Under the pieces are notes generated by a model that was not told the origin of the DNA, ran no database searches, and saw nothing but the letters and a program-made list of their open reading frames with translations. Below, piece by piece: positions 1 through 10,729 of a DNA stretch of 29,292 nt (the stretch's first letter is position 1; the number at the start of each line of letters is the position of its first letter). Made by a program: the position numbers and the translations under genes. Location: assembly GCA_000388065.2 (NCBI GenBank), contig KB932210.1. The stretch is one strand, 5' to 3'. This stretch comes from Fonticula alba ATCC 38817 (taxonomy: Eukaryota; Protista; Nucleariida).

Positions 1-1032
1 CTGGGCCTGCTGATGCTGCTGCTGTTGTTGGTGGCGCTGCTGGTCCTGCTGTGGCGGTACCGCCGGGCGGCCAAGCCCGGGGGCATGGCCCACGACGATG
101 AGGACGCCACCGTGATGAACACCATGCTGGAGCTGTCCCTCCCGGGCAGCATCCTGGTGAGCATTGCCAATGACTTCGCCCCGCTCAACGAGGAGGCACT
201 GGGCGCCGGGACCCAGGCGTCGGTCTACGCGGCGCGCGCCGTCGGGGCCGGCATCTCCGACCGGCTGGGCTGTCCGGGCACCGTAGCTATCAAGCAGCTG
301 AAGGCCGCGCGCATGACCCCCACGCAAGTGACCCTCTTCCAGAACGAGGTGGCCCTGATGTGGCTGCTGCGCGACGCGCCGAACGTCGTCCGGCTGTACG
401 GCTACAGCGAGCAGCCGCCGGCCATCGTCATGGAACGCTACCAGACGGATCTGGCCACGCTGCTGCACTCGGAGGTGCCACTGGCGCCGCATGTCCTGCT
501 GGACATGTGCCAGCAGTGGGCCTCCGGGCTGGAGGCCATGCACGCGCAGGGGATCGCCCACCGGGACCTGAAGCCGGGCAATGTCTTTGTCAGCCAGCGC
601 CCGGACGGCGGCTGGCGCGCGGCCCTCGGCGACCTGGGCACCTCGCGCAACCTCAACACCGACCGGTCGTCGACGCTGGTGAGCCAGGCGCCGGAGCTGA
701 ATGCCATGACGGCGCGGTACGCGGCGCCGGAGGTGCTGGCCGCCTTCCACCGGAAGCGCCCGCTCGATTGCGAGCTCTTCCTCCCGGCGGACATCTACTC
801 CGCGGCCATCATGCTGTGGGAGTGCCTCATGCGCACGGTCCCCTGGCAGGGGAGGGACTTCGAGCAGATCAGCTCCGGGGTGCTGGCCGGCGAGCGGCCG
901 GCCATCGCCTTTGACGGGCCGCTGGCGGACCTGCTGCCGCTGGCGTGGGACGCCAACCCGCACGCCCGGCCGCCAGCGGCCTCCCTCCGCCAGAAGGCCG
1001 CCATGGCTGCCCTGTCAACGGAAATGCCCTGA
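1..1032 (+). CDS. Receptor kinase gene 1, 3' part only: TM helix plus TKL-like Ser/Thr kinase domain (5' end outside the window)
   Basis: Frame open from base 1. TM LGLLMLLLLLVALLVLLW followed by basic RYRR. Kinase motifs LGAGTQASV, VAIK, alphaC Glu (QNEV), HRDLKPGN, DLG (DFG variant), RYAAPE and DIYS; stop TGA at 1030-1032. Intronless over this stretch. Confidence 0.93.
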   Translation: MGLLMLLLLLVALLVLLWRYRRAAKPGGMAHDDEDATVMNTMLELSLPGSILVSIANDFAPLNEEALGAGTQASVYAARAVGAGISDRLGCPGTVAIKQLKAARMTPTQVTLFQNEVALMWLLRDAPNVVRLYGYSEQPPAIVMERYQTDLATLLHSEVPLAPHVLLDMCQQWASGLEAMHAQGIAHRDLKPGNVFVSQRPDGGWRAALGDLGTSRNLNTDRSSTLVSQAPELNAMTARYAAPEVLAAFHRKRPLDCELFLPADIYSAAIMLWECLMRTVPWQGRDFEQISSGVLAGERPAIAFDGPLADLLPLAWDANPHARPPAASLRQKAAMAALSTEMP

Positions 1033-1164
1033 AGCTCGCCCTTGTCCTCTGCTCTCCATATTGATTCCGCCTCTCGCACAAAGACCAGATGAAACACACC
1101 CAAACGCCGGATCGGGACCTGGGAGTCGGGCAGCGCGTGGTGCGGAGTGGCGGTGCGGGTGCGC

Positions 1165-1194
1165 GGGCATGTGTGGGCATGTGTGGGCATGTGT
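1165..1194 (+). repeat. 3 x GGGCATGTGT tandem repeat
   Basis: Three exact decamers read directly, just before the poly-G tract. Confidence 0.9.
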
Positions 1195-1203
1195 GGCCAC
1201 ACT

Positions 1204-1204
<1 letters not shown>

Positions 1205-1288
<84 letters not shown>
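1205..1288 (+). repeat. 84-nt poly-G homopolymer
   Basis: Uninterrupted G run. It explains the poly-Gly and poly-Pro ORFs in the track. Confidence 0.95.
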
Positions 1289-2172
1289 CGGCTCACGAAC
1301 GATGAAGATGTCGCGACATCGGCGCGACGTTGGTGTGCCTGGGGCCGAGGCGTGCAGACGCCCCGCATCGGATGTCGGCGCCACCCCGAACCGGGTCGCG
1401 GCCTGGCGGGCCGGCGCACGATGCGCCGGACTTGCGTCCTTCCACGGACTTCCCGCCGGGCCCACCCAGCCGCAGGACCCTGGGCACTGCGTGAAGGCCA
1501 GCACGCCTGTGCGCCACACGCCATCTCACATGCCAGAGAGGAGGGCAGAGAGCACGAGGCACACAGAACAACACCGAGGTGTGATGCTTCCCCGCTCTCC
1601 CGGCTGGAATGCCAGCGGCATGCAGGGTCGGGTCCGGTCACATGCTCCGGGCCGAGGGGGGCGGCCTGGCGTGTGTTTCATGCCAGGACGCATGGTGGGT
1701 CGAAAGCTGACCCCCACGTGATGCCCTCCTCGGGATGCCCGCGATCCGCCCCCCATGCCCTCTTCATCGCACAAATGACCGCCACCGCCGGGACACTTCC
1801 GCGCGTCCGGCAAGATTATTGGAACATTATTGTTTCGGGATTTATCGGCCAGACGCCCTTCGGCCAAGGGGAAAGCGGCGGCCCTTCCCCCATGAGCGCG
1901 GGCCATGCGGAGCCCCCGGGCCTTCCCCGCGCCCGACGCGCGCTCCTACGATCATCACGGGTCCCGGGATCGCGGGGGCCAGGATCGAGACTTTTTTACT
2001 CCTGGCCGGAGGGGGTTCCGGCCAAGATGCACACGAGGGGGCCCGGCATCTGGGCCCCGGATCTCCTGGCCCCGAAGACGGTCATTTTCTCTCAGGGGGC
2101 CCACCCCGGGGGCGGCCGGCGGTTTAAGTTGGGCCGCCGGCCATCGTTTTCCCTGGCCCCTTGCCTCCCTCG

Positions 2173-2325
2173 CTCCTCCTCCTCCTCCTCCTCCTCCTCC
2201 TCCTCCTCCTCGCCGCCTCTCTGCCCCCCTCGCCGCCTCTCTGCCCCCCTCGCCGCCTCTCTGCCCCCCTCGCCGCCTCTCTGCCCCCCTCGCCGCCTCT
2301 TTGCCTCCATCGCCGCCTCTTTGCC
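2173..2325 (+). repeat. (CTC)n microsatellite followed by ~6 copies of the 20-bp unit CGCCGCCTCTCTGCCCCCCT
   Basis: CTC run at 2173-2210; four exact 20-mers at 2211-2290, then two degenerate copies. Lies upstream of the gene 2 ATG. Confidence 0.9.
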
Positions 2326-2388
2326 CAGGGATCCCAGCCCTTCCCGGCCTGGTCCCCGTACCCCGCCCTCGCGGCCTCGGACAAAGCC

Positions 2389-5300
2389 ATGGCAGGCCGA
2401 GCTCACCTACGCCCGGCTTCCCGGTCGGTGCTGCTCCTGCTGGCGCTGCTGGCGGCCGCCATGGCGGCACTGCGTCCCGTCCTGGCCCAGGGCATCTTTT
2501 ACCATGAAACCCTGCTGCCCTTCAGCTGGAACATGGGCCCGGCTGTGGATCTGCCCCTGAAGCCGAACCACCTCGTCGAGAGGGTGATCTTCAGCAACCC
2601 CATGTACCTGTGGTCCTTTCACCAGTCGGCAAACATGTATAGCACTCTGGCGGAACATCGCCTTGGACTGTACTTTAGCCATGGGCCATCCATTACCCGG
2701 GTGTTGACACCCTTTCAGTCGTCGGAGACCCCGGTGTCCCTGCGGGTCAGCTCATCCCCAAACGGGCCCATCCCCTGGGTCGAGTCCTCCGGGACACTGG
2801 CCTTCTGGTCGGATAACAATGTTTGGGTGCCACTGGTCTACAGCCCGGCGAACAGCCTGATCGGCGTGTACACCCCGTTCGCCGGGCACGCGGCCGCCTT
2901 CCTTCGCCAGCCTGATGGGCGCGTCATCTTCCACGTGGCGAGCCCGGCATGGAGTTCGACTGCCCAGGTGCTGGTTGATGTTGCCCCCCCTGGGACCGCG
3001 GCACGCATGGCCATCGGCCACACCACCGCCGCCGCGTGGTTTGACTCCTCCGTATATTTGGCCCGGTTTTCCTGGGACACCGGCATCCTGGCCGGGCAGG
3101 TTGGCATGCTGGGCTTCACCAGCCCGGTGCTGGACGTGGCCATTGGCTGCACACATGCCCCGGGCAAGGACACGCTGTTCGCGCTGCTGGCCTCCGGCTG
3201 GCTGTATGCCTGCCGGGATTATGTCCCCGGCATGGGCTGCGAGAGTGCCCATGAGTTTGTGGTCCCCGGCCTGACGGGGCCCCTGACCCAGGGGGCCCTG
3301 ATCGTTCCCCAGTCGGCCGATAGGCTTTCCTGCCTGAATTGGCTTCTCCTGTACAGCGGCTCCCAGCTGCTGAGGGTCGGCTTCCGCAGTGACACAGGCC
3401 TCCTTCAGGAGGCGATCCCCGTGTACCTGCCCAATGGGGCCCCCTCGCCGAAGACCCTACACTTCGTCAAGATCCTCCACCCCCAAGGCTCCGGCATCTG
3501 GGCTTTGACCGATGGCCAGCGGGTTTTCCAGGACTCGCCTTCATTCAACTGTGCCGTCGATCGGACCATCGTGTGCGATAGATCGGAAGAGCGTCGTCCA
3601 ATGGGGCCCCCTCGCCGAAGACCCTACACTTCGTCAAGATCCTCCACCCCCAAGGCTCCGGCATCTGGGCTTTGACCGATGGCCAGCGGGTTTTCCAGGA
3701 CTCGCCTTCATTCAACTGTGCCGTCGATCGGACCATCGTGTGCGATGACGACATGTCGATCCGCACCACGCGTGGCTTCCTGTGTGCCCAGGGCCAGGCC
3801 CTGTCGCCGGTGGTCAGTGCAGGGCTCCTGTGCGCCGGCTGTGCCGACGGCTACGGGGTCCCGGGCAGCGGCTCCTGGACTGCAAGCAGTGCGTGCCGCC
3901 GTTCCGGCCGTTCCCCCGCCGCCCCCCTGGCCGGTTTGCCCGGCCGGGGGCTGGCCCGCCATGCCCCGACATGTTGCCCCGCGTCCTGCCGCGCGCCCCG
4001 TGGCCGGGCTCTGCCNNNNNNNNNNNNNNNNNNNNNNNNNNNNNNNNNNNNNNNNNNNNNNNNNNNNNNNNNCCCCCCCCCCGCGCGCGCCCCGCCGGAT
4101 CGAGCAGGCATTTGCTCCACCTGCGCGGCCTCCCACTGCGCGGCCTGTGTGGCCGACCGGTGTCTCGTCTGCCTCGCCAGCCATGTGCTGGTCATCGACC
4201 CGAGCTCCGGGGCCGGCACCTGCCAGCCGGCCTGTCCGTCGGGGCAGCATGTGGACCCCGCCTGGCCCGGGTCCAGGCGGTGCATGCCCGACGTCCCGGA
4301 TGTCTGGCCCGCGCGCGTCATCTGGCCGGCCACCTTCCAAGCCGACATCGGCCCCCCTCCGGGGGACTTTGTAACCCTGGCCCGGACGCGGCTCATGCTC
4401 GTCGGCGGGGCCCTGCATCTGGTGGCCGCCTCTGTGACCGGCGACGCGGCGCCCATGTACTTCCTCGGCCTCTCGCAGCAGGATTCCCCCATGTGGCTGT
4501 CACCGTCCCCCGGCGCCGGTGGCAATGGCTCCCCCCCGGGCCTGAGCTTCCAGCCCCTCGATGCCTTGAAGGCGCACGTCCACATGGCCACGCAGTATGG
4601 CGAGATTGGCCCGGTCAGTGCCACCGGCTCCGGGGCGGTTGTCCACTTTTTCTCCTGCACCCCCAACTCCTCCCTGTCAAGGGGCACCCTCAAGTGTCTT
4701 GACCCGGACGCCTCGCCGTCTTCCTCGTGTCTGGCAACCATCTCGTCTCTCGGAAGCATCAGCGGCGACTGTCAGTCCATCCGGGTGGTCGACGATCGCA
4801 CCCTGACCGTGCTGCTGACCAATGACCAGGTGCTTGTCTTTCGACTTGAGGACGATGGCGCCCTCACACATGTGACCATCTTCGGGGCGAGCGCGCATCC
4901 GGCCGCCTTCCCGCTCTTCAGCGACCCGTCCAGCAGCCCCGGCCCGGCGGGCCCCGGGTGGCTGCTCCTGGCCCGGGGCGGCGCTCGGACCCTGCTGGCG
5001 CCGTACACCATGTTCCGGTCCGTGGACCCGCGGACTTTCGATGCGCACCCGGCGCTGGATGTGCTGCCCGCCCTGCCGGATGCTGGCCAGATGCACCCGG
5101 TCAAGCTGCCGGCCGCCGGTGCCGGCTGGGAGGCCGTGCTCTCCGGGCTCCGGGTGGATCCCTCCTCCGGCAGGCAGGCTTGGATTGCGGCGCACATGCC
5201 GCGCGGGGCCCGGGCCCATGGTCGGACGGTGAATGTCCCGGCCAATGTGGATGTCCTGGGCCAGCTTCCCGCCGCGACCGGGGCCTTCCAGGTCCTGGCG

Positions 5301-8300
5301 GTGTCGCTGTCCGGGCAGGACACCCCGGCGGCTCTCATCCTGCTCACCGAGGAGCACATCGGGGTGGCCCTGCTCCGGTGCTGGCATGGGCTGGCCGCCG
5401 ATGCGGCGTGCTGGCTGCAGCCGGCCGCCTTCACGCCCTTGTCGATCCCGGCCGACGGCCTCGCGCGCAGCCCCCTGCACTTCCACCTGCTGCGGGCCTC
5501 CTCAACGCAGGGCGGCCCCTCCGAGCCGAACGCCTTCCTGTTGAGCATTCCCCACATGCCGATCCGATGGCTGACCATCGGCTCGGGGGAATGCACCGCC
5601 GCCGGGTTCTACGGCCCGGACTGCTCGGGCCTGTGCGCCCCGGCGTGTCGTCACTGCTTCGGCCCGGGCCCTGACCAGTGTCACGACTGCTCCTTCCATC
5701 TGCCCTCCTCGCCGGGCGCCTGCCTCGAGGCGTGTCCCCAGGGGCTGACCCCCGACCCGGTCTCCGGCGCGTGCGAGTGCCCCGAAGGCTGTGACTTGTG
5801 CCAGGCCATCACCGACCCGGGCCCCGGAAGCGGCACATACATCTGCACAGCCTGCCTGCCGGGGTTCGGCCTTTCTGCCGACCACAACCCCCGGCCCGAG
5901 TGTCTCCCCTGCCACGGGACGTGCAGCGAGTGCGAGCGCCCCGACGACATGCACGCCTGCACCGGCTGCCCGGCGGGCAGCTACCTGCACGACGGCCAGT
6001 GTGTGGGGGACTGCCCGGCCGGCACGTGGCCCGACGCCGACGGCCCCTCCTGCCGGGCCTGCCCGAGCACCTGTACGCGGTGCCTTTCGGCCAGCATGTG
6101 CACCGTTTGCGCGAGCGGGCACTTCCTCCCCAACGATGGGGTCTGCCGCGCGTGCGACCCCTCGTGCGCCACCTGTGGCGAGGAAGATGCCTGCAGCGCC
6201 TGCATGGACGGGCTGGTGTTCCTGAGCCCGGACCCGGGCACGCCGTCGCTCTGCGGCAGCACCTGCCCGCCGGGGGAGTTCCCCGGGCCCGAGCGGTGCG
6301 CCCGGTGCGACAGCTCGTGCGACCTGTGCGCCGGCGGGCCCACCCACTGTCTGGTGTGCGCCGCGGGCTTCCGGTGGGGTGCGGCCGCCCCGGGCCCCGG
6401 CAAGACGGGCGCCTGCGTGCCCTGCCCGGCCGGCTGCGCCTCGTGCACCGGCACCGGCAGGTGCCTTGCCTGCGCCGGCGGGCTGCTGCTGGCCGAGGAC
6501 GGGGCCTGCCTGGCTGCCTGCCCGGCGGGGACATTCTCCAACGGCGAGTCGTGCCAGCCGTGCGACATCAGCTGCGCCGCCTGCGCCGACGGCCAGCCGG
6601 ACCGGTGCACCGGCTGTGCCGCCGGGCTGGAGCTGGTGGAGGTCACCTCCGGCGCGGGGACCTGCGTGTCCGGCTGCCCGGAGGGCCAGTACCGCGCGGG
6701 CGTCGAGTGCCTGCCCTGCGACGCGGCCTGCGCCACGTGCAACGGCCCCACGGACAAGGACTGCTGGCGGTGCACCGAGCTCGTGCTACAGAATGGTGTC
6801 TGCGTGCAGGAGTGCGCGGCCAGGCATCTTGCCGTCGGGGGCCGGTGTCTGCCCTGCCATGCCTCCTGCGAGGCATGTGTCGGGGTCCGGAGCACCGAGT
6901 GCACCGCCTGCCCGGGGGGCCTGCTGGCCCTGCCGGCCGGGCAGACCCCGGGCCGGTGCGTGCCCGGGTGCCCGGTCGGCCACAACACCGCGCCAGCCGG
7001 GTGCGCCCTGTGCGCCTCGCACTGCGCCAGCTGCCCGGAGTCGGCCGACACGTGCGCCCTGTGCGAGCGGGGGTTCCTCCTGGCCGGCGGCGCATGCGGG
7101 ACCGAGTGCCCGGCCGGCGCCGCGCCCCAGGGCGGCCTGTGCGCCAGCTGCCACGGCTCGTGTCTGACCTGCTACGGGCCCGGGCCGGGCCATTGTCTGA
7201 CGTGCGGGCCGGCGGCCCCGTTGAAGGTGGGCGGGCACTGCCACGCCACCTGCCCGGCGGGCACCTTCGAGAGCGAGGGGACATGCCTGCCCTGTCATGG
7301 GACGTGCGCCGCGTGCACCGGGCCCTCGGGGGCCGAGTGCAGCGCATGCCCCCCGGACCGGGTTCTCACGCAGGATGGGACCTGCTCGCTGGACTGCCCG
7401 GCCGGGACCTACGCCCAGGATGGCGGGTCCTCCGGGTGGGTATGTGCAAGCTGCGATGCATCCTGCGCCGCCTGCCTGGGGCCCCTGGCCTCGGAGTGCA
7501 CGGCCTGCCTTCCCGGCCGGGTCCTGGATGGGGGGGCCTGTGGGGAAACCTGCTCGGCCGGGCACTTCGTGTGCCTGGCGTCGCGCCGGTGCGAGCCCTG
7601 CCCGGCCGGGTGCGCCGAGTGCCAGGAGCAGGGCACCTGCCAGGCGGCCTGCACCGCGTGCGAGGCCGGCCTTCTCCTGTCGGGCACGGCCTGTATGGCA
7701 GCCTGCCCGGCGGGACACTTCGCCCCGGCCGGGTCGCGCATCTGCGAGCCCTGCGACGGTGCTTGCAACACGTGCACCGAGCGGCCGGACAGGTGCACCA
7801 GCTGTGCGGCGGGCTTCCTGCTGCCGGCGGAGGGGGCCTGCGCCAGCGCCTGCCCGGCCGGGTGGGCGCCCCTGTCCACGCCGGACCGGGTGTGCCTGGC
7901 GTGCCCGGCCGACTGCGAGGAGTGCACCGCGGCCAGCGGCCAGGCCGGGTGCACTGTGACTGACGACGGGTCGCTGGCGTGCCCGGACATTGGCTCGTGC
8001 TCGCGCTGCGCCGCGCAATTCCTGCTGCTGCATGGGGCCTCCTGCGTCGGGACCTGCCCGGTGGGCATGTACGACGGNNNNNNNNNNNNNNNNNNNNNNN
8101 NNNNNNNNNNNNNNNNNNNNNNNNNNNNNNNNNNNNNNNNNNNNNNNNNNNNNNNNNNNNNNNNNNNNNNNNNNNNNNNNNNNNNNNNNNNNNNNNNNNN
8201 NNNNNNNNNNNNNNNNNNNNNNNNNNNNNNNNNNNNNNNNNNNNNNNNNNNNNNNNNNNNNNNNNNNNNNNNNNNNNNNNNNNNNNNNNNNNNNNNNNNN

Positions 8301-9235
8301 NNGCCGGGTGCGCCGAGTGCACCGGGCCCGAGGAGGCGGACTGCGTGCGGTCGGCCAGGCCCTCCTCGCGCGGGCTGGCCCTCGGCCTGGGCATCGGGCT
8401 GGGCCTGCTAATGCTGCTGCTGCTGCTGGTGGCGCTGCTGGTCCTGCTGTGGCGGTACCGCCGGGCGGCCAAGTCCGGGGGCATGGACCGCATGGATGAT
8501 GAGGACGCCACCGTGATGAACACCATCGTGGAGCTGTCCCTCCCGGGCAGCATCCTGGTGAGCATTGCCAATGACTTCGCCCCGCTGGACGAGCAGCTGG
8601 GCGCCGGGACCCAGGCGTCGGTGTTCGCGGCGCGCGCCGTCGGGGCCGGCATCTCCGACCGCCTGGGCTGCCCGGGCACGGTGGCCATCAAGCAGCTGAA
8701 GGCCGAGCGTCTGACCCCCACGCAGGTGACCCTCTTCCAGAACGAGGTGGCGCTGATGTGGCTGCTGCGCGGCGCGCCGAACATCGTCCGGCTGTACGGC
8801 TACAGCGAGCAGCCGCCGGCCATCGTGATGGAGCGCTTCGACACGGACCTGGCCACGCTGCTGCACTCGGGGGTGCCGCTCGAGCAGGCCACCATCCTGG
8901 ACATCGCCCAGCAGTGGGCCTCCGGGCTGGAGGCCATGCACGCGCAGGGGATCGCCCACCGGGACCTGAAGCCGGGCAATGTGTTTGTGAGCCGGCGCCC
9001 GGATGGCTCCTGGACGGCGGCCCTCGGGGACCTGGGCACCTCGCGCAACCTCAACACCGACCGGTCGTCCACCCTGGTGAGCCAGGCGCCGGAGCTGAAC
9101 GCCATGACGGCGCGGTACGCGGCGCCGGAGGTGCTGGCCACCTTCCACCGGAAGCGCCCGCTCGATTGCGAGCTCTTCCTCCCGGCGGACATCTACTCCG
9201 CGGCCATCATGCTGTGGGAGTGCCTCATGCGCACG
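2389..9235 (+). CDS. Receptor kinase gene 2 (signal peptide, domain A, Cys-rich, domain B, furin-like/CxxC repeats, TM, TKL-like kinase); 3' end lost in gap 9236-9768
   Basis: ATG at 2389 (AAAGCCATGG) with signal peptide MAGRAHLRPASRSVLLLLALLAAAMAALRPVLA. The frame is broken only by the adapter artefact (3580-3746), intron 3889-4107 and gap 8078-8302. Cys-rich stalk ~5590-8350, TM LALGLGIGLGLLMLLLLLVALLVLLW, kinase with VAIK/HRDLKPGN/DLG/APE. Confidence 0.88.
3431..3746 (+). repeat. Exact 149-bp direct duplication (3431-3579 = 3598-3746) separated by an adapter; assembly artefact
   Basis: The two copies are identical. Removing 167 nt restores the frame (...DRTIVCD-DDMSIRTTRG...). Confidence 0.92.
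3580..3597 (+). other. Illumina adapter sequence AGATCGGAAGAGCGTCGT assembled into the contig
   Basis: 18/18 match to the start of the well-known TruSeq adapter read-through AGATCGGAAGAGCGTCGTGTAGGG, located exactly at the duplication junction. Confidence 0.95.
3889..4107 (+). other. Gene 2 intron 1 (phase 1; contains gap 4016-4072)
   Basis: Donor GTGCGT at 3889, acceptor CAG at 4105-4107. The spliced product ...GSWTASS-ICSTCAASHC parallels the equivalent junction in genes 3 and 4. Confidence 0.75.
8078..8302. other. Assembly gap (N run) within gene 2; other gaps at 4016-4072, 9236-9768 and 24467-24548
   Basis: N runs. The other three gaps abut poly-C tracts. Confidence 0.99.
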
Positions 9236-10407
9236 NNNNNNNNNNNNNNNNNNNNNNNNNNNNNNNNNNNNNNNNNNNNNNNNNNNNNNNNNNNNNNNNN
9301 NNNNNNNNNNNNNNNNNNNNNNNNNNNNNNNNNNNNNNNNNNNNNNNNNNNNNNNNNNNNNNNNNNNNNNNNNNNNNNNNNNNNNNNNNNNNNNNNNNNN
9401 NNNNNNNNNNNNNNNNNNNNNNNNNNNNNNNNNNNNNNNNNNNNNNNNNNNNNNNNNNNNNNNNNNNNNNNNNNNNNNNNNNNNNNNNNNNNNNNNNNNN
9501 NNNNNNNNNNNNNNNNNNNNNNNNNNNNNNNNNNNNNNNNNNNNNNNNNNNNNNNNNNNNNNNNNNNNNNNNNNNNNNNNNNNNNNNNNNNNNNNNNNNN
9601 NNNNNNNNNNNNNNNNNNNNNNNNNNNNNNNNNNNNNNNNNNNNNNNNNNNNNNNNNNNNNNNNNNNNNNNNNNNNNNNNNNNNNNNNNNNNNNNNNNNN
9701 NNNNNNNNNNNNNNNNNNNNNNNNNNNNNNNNNNNNNNNNNNNNNNNNNNNNNNNNNNNNNNNNNNNNCCCCCCCCCCCCCCCCCCTGCAGGAGGGAATA
9801 AAAATATCCACCTTTCCTGCGACAGGGCTGTGCCAGCCCACATCCCCGGTTCGGGTGTGCATCTCGCTGCGTCCGCGCGCGCGCGCGCCCGCATGTACCC
9901 CCCCCCCCCCCCCGAGATGGGACGCGCGCACGACGCACGGCGCCGGCATCAGGCAGGTGTGCCCGCGGCCGACGGCCAACCGAAGCGCGGGGCTCGGGCG
10001 GCATGCGGGAGGCCCAGATCGTTGGCAGCCGGCTGGCCCTGGCCGGCATTCCAACGGCATGGTGCCGCCCCGTTCCCCGGCCGGCATGCATTCCTGAGAG
10101 CCGTAATACCCTGCCGAGGGGCAGGCGCGGTCAGGGGAGCACCACCAACTGGGGCGGATCACATGTGGCGCATCACAGGTGGACCCGGGTGAAACTGACC
10201 CACACCGGCGCCCGGCCCACGATTTGTGTGGCAGGCGTCAACAGCTTTGGAACATCCTACCAGTCCTGGGGGCTTGGCATGGGGAATCTCCCCATGCCGG
10301 ATGCGCTTTCATCCCGTCCGGTTCGGTTTTCTGGCGGTCTCTGCGGCGGGGTCATACCACGCCATCCCGCCCGGCGCTTGGTGCGGGTGGTGCTGTGAGC
10401 CACGCCG

Positions 10408-10550
10408 AGTGTGTGTGTGTGTGTGTGTGTGTGCTTGTATTTGTGTCTGTGTTTGTGCTTGTGCTTGTGCTTGTATTTGTGTTTGTGTTTGTGCTTGTGC
10501 TTGCGTTTGTGCTTGTGCTTGTGCTTGTGCCTGTGTGTATGTGTGTATGT
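10408..10550 (+). repeat. Compound (GT)n / (TTGTGC, TTGTGT)n microsatellite upstream of gene 3
   Basis: Read directly. It yields the low-complexity VCVC/ACAC/HKHK/LCLC ORFs in the track. Confidence 0.9.
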
Positions 10551-10729
10551 GCCGGTGTCTGCGCATGAATGCACATGTATTTCCATGCGCCGGAGCCTGG
10601 CAGCAAACAAAATGCCACCCAGGCCACCACATTCCTCCCCTCCCCCGGCTCAACATGCGTCTCAGCCGGATTGCCTCTTGCCCCCCCCCCCCCCCCCGCC
10701 GCTTTGCGCGCTCGCCAGTCGCCCTCGCG

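Noticed and set aside
911-2560. Long ORFs with poly-Gly/poly-Pro/poly-Ser (e.g. 911-2560, 869-1519, 1015-1641)
   Set aside because: They are translations of the poly-G tract and C/T repeats in GC-rich intergenic DNA, where stops are rare.
2161-3675. 504-aa ORF as a stand-alone secreted protein
   Set aside because: Its Leu-rich start is the CTC microsatellite and its C-terminus is caused by the adapter-induced frameshift. It is the 5' part of gene 2.
10226-10729. N-terminal extension of the 2035-aa ORF
   Set aside because: It runs through a GT microsatellite and poly-C; the signal peptide starts after 10730 (or 10655).
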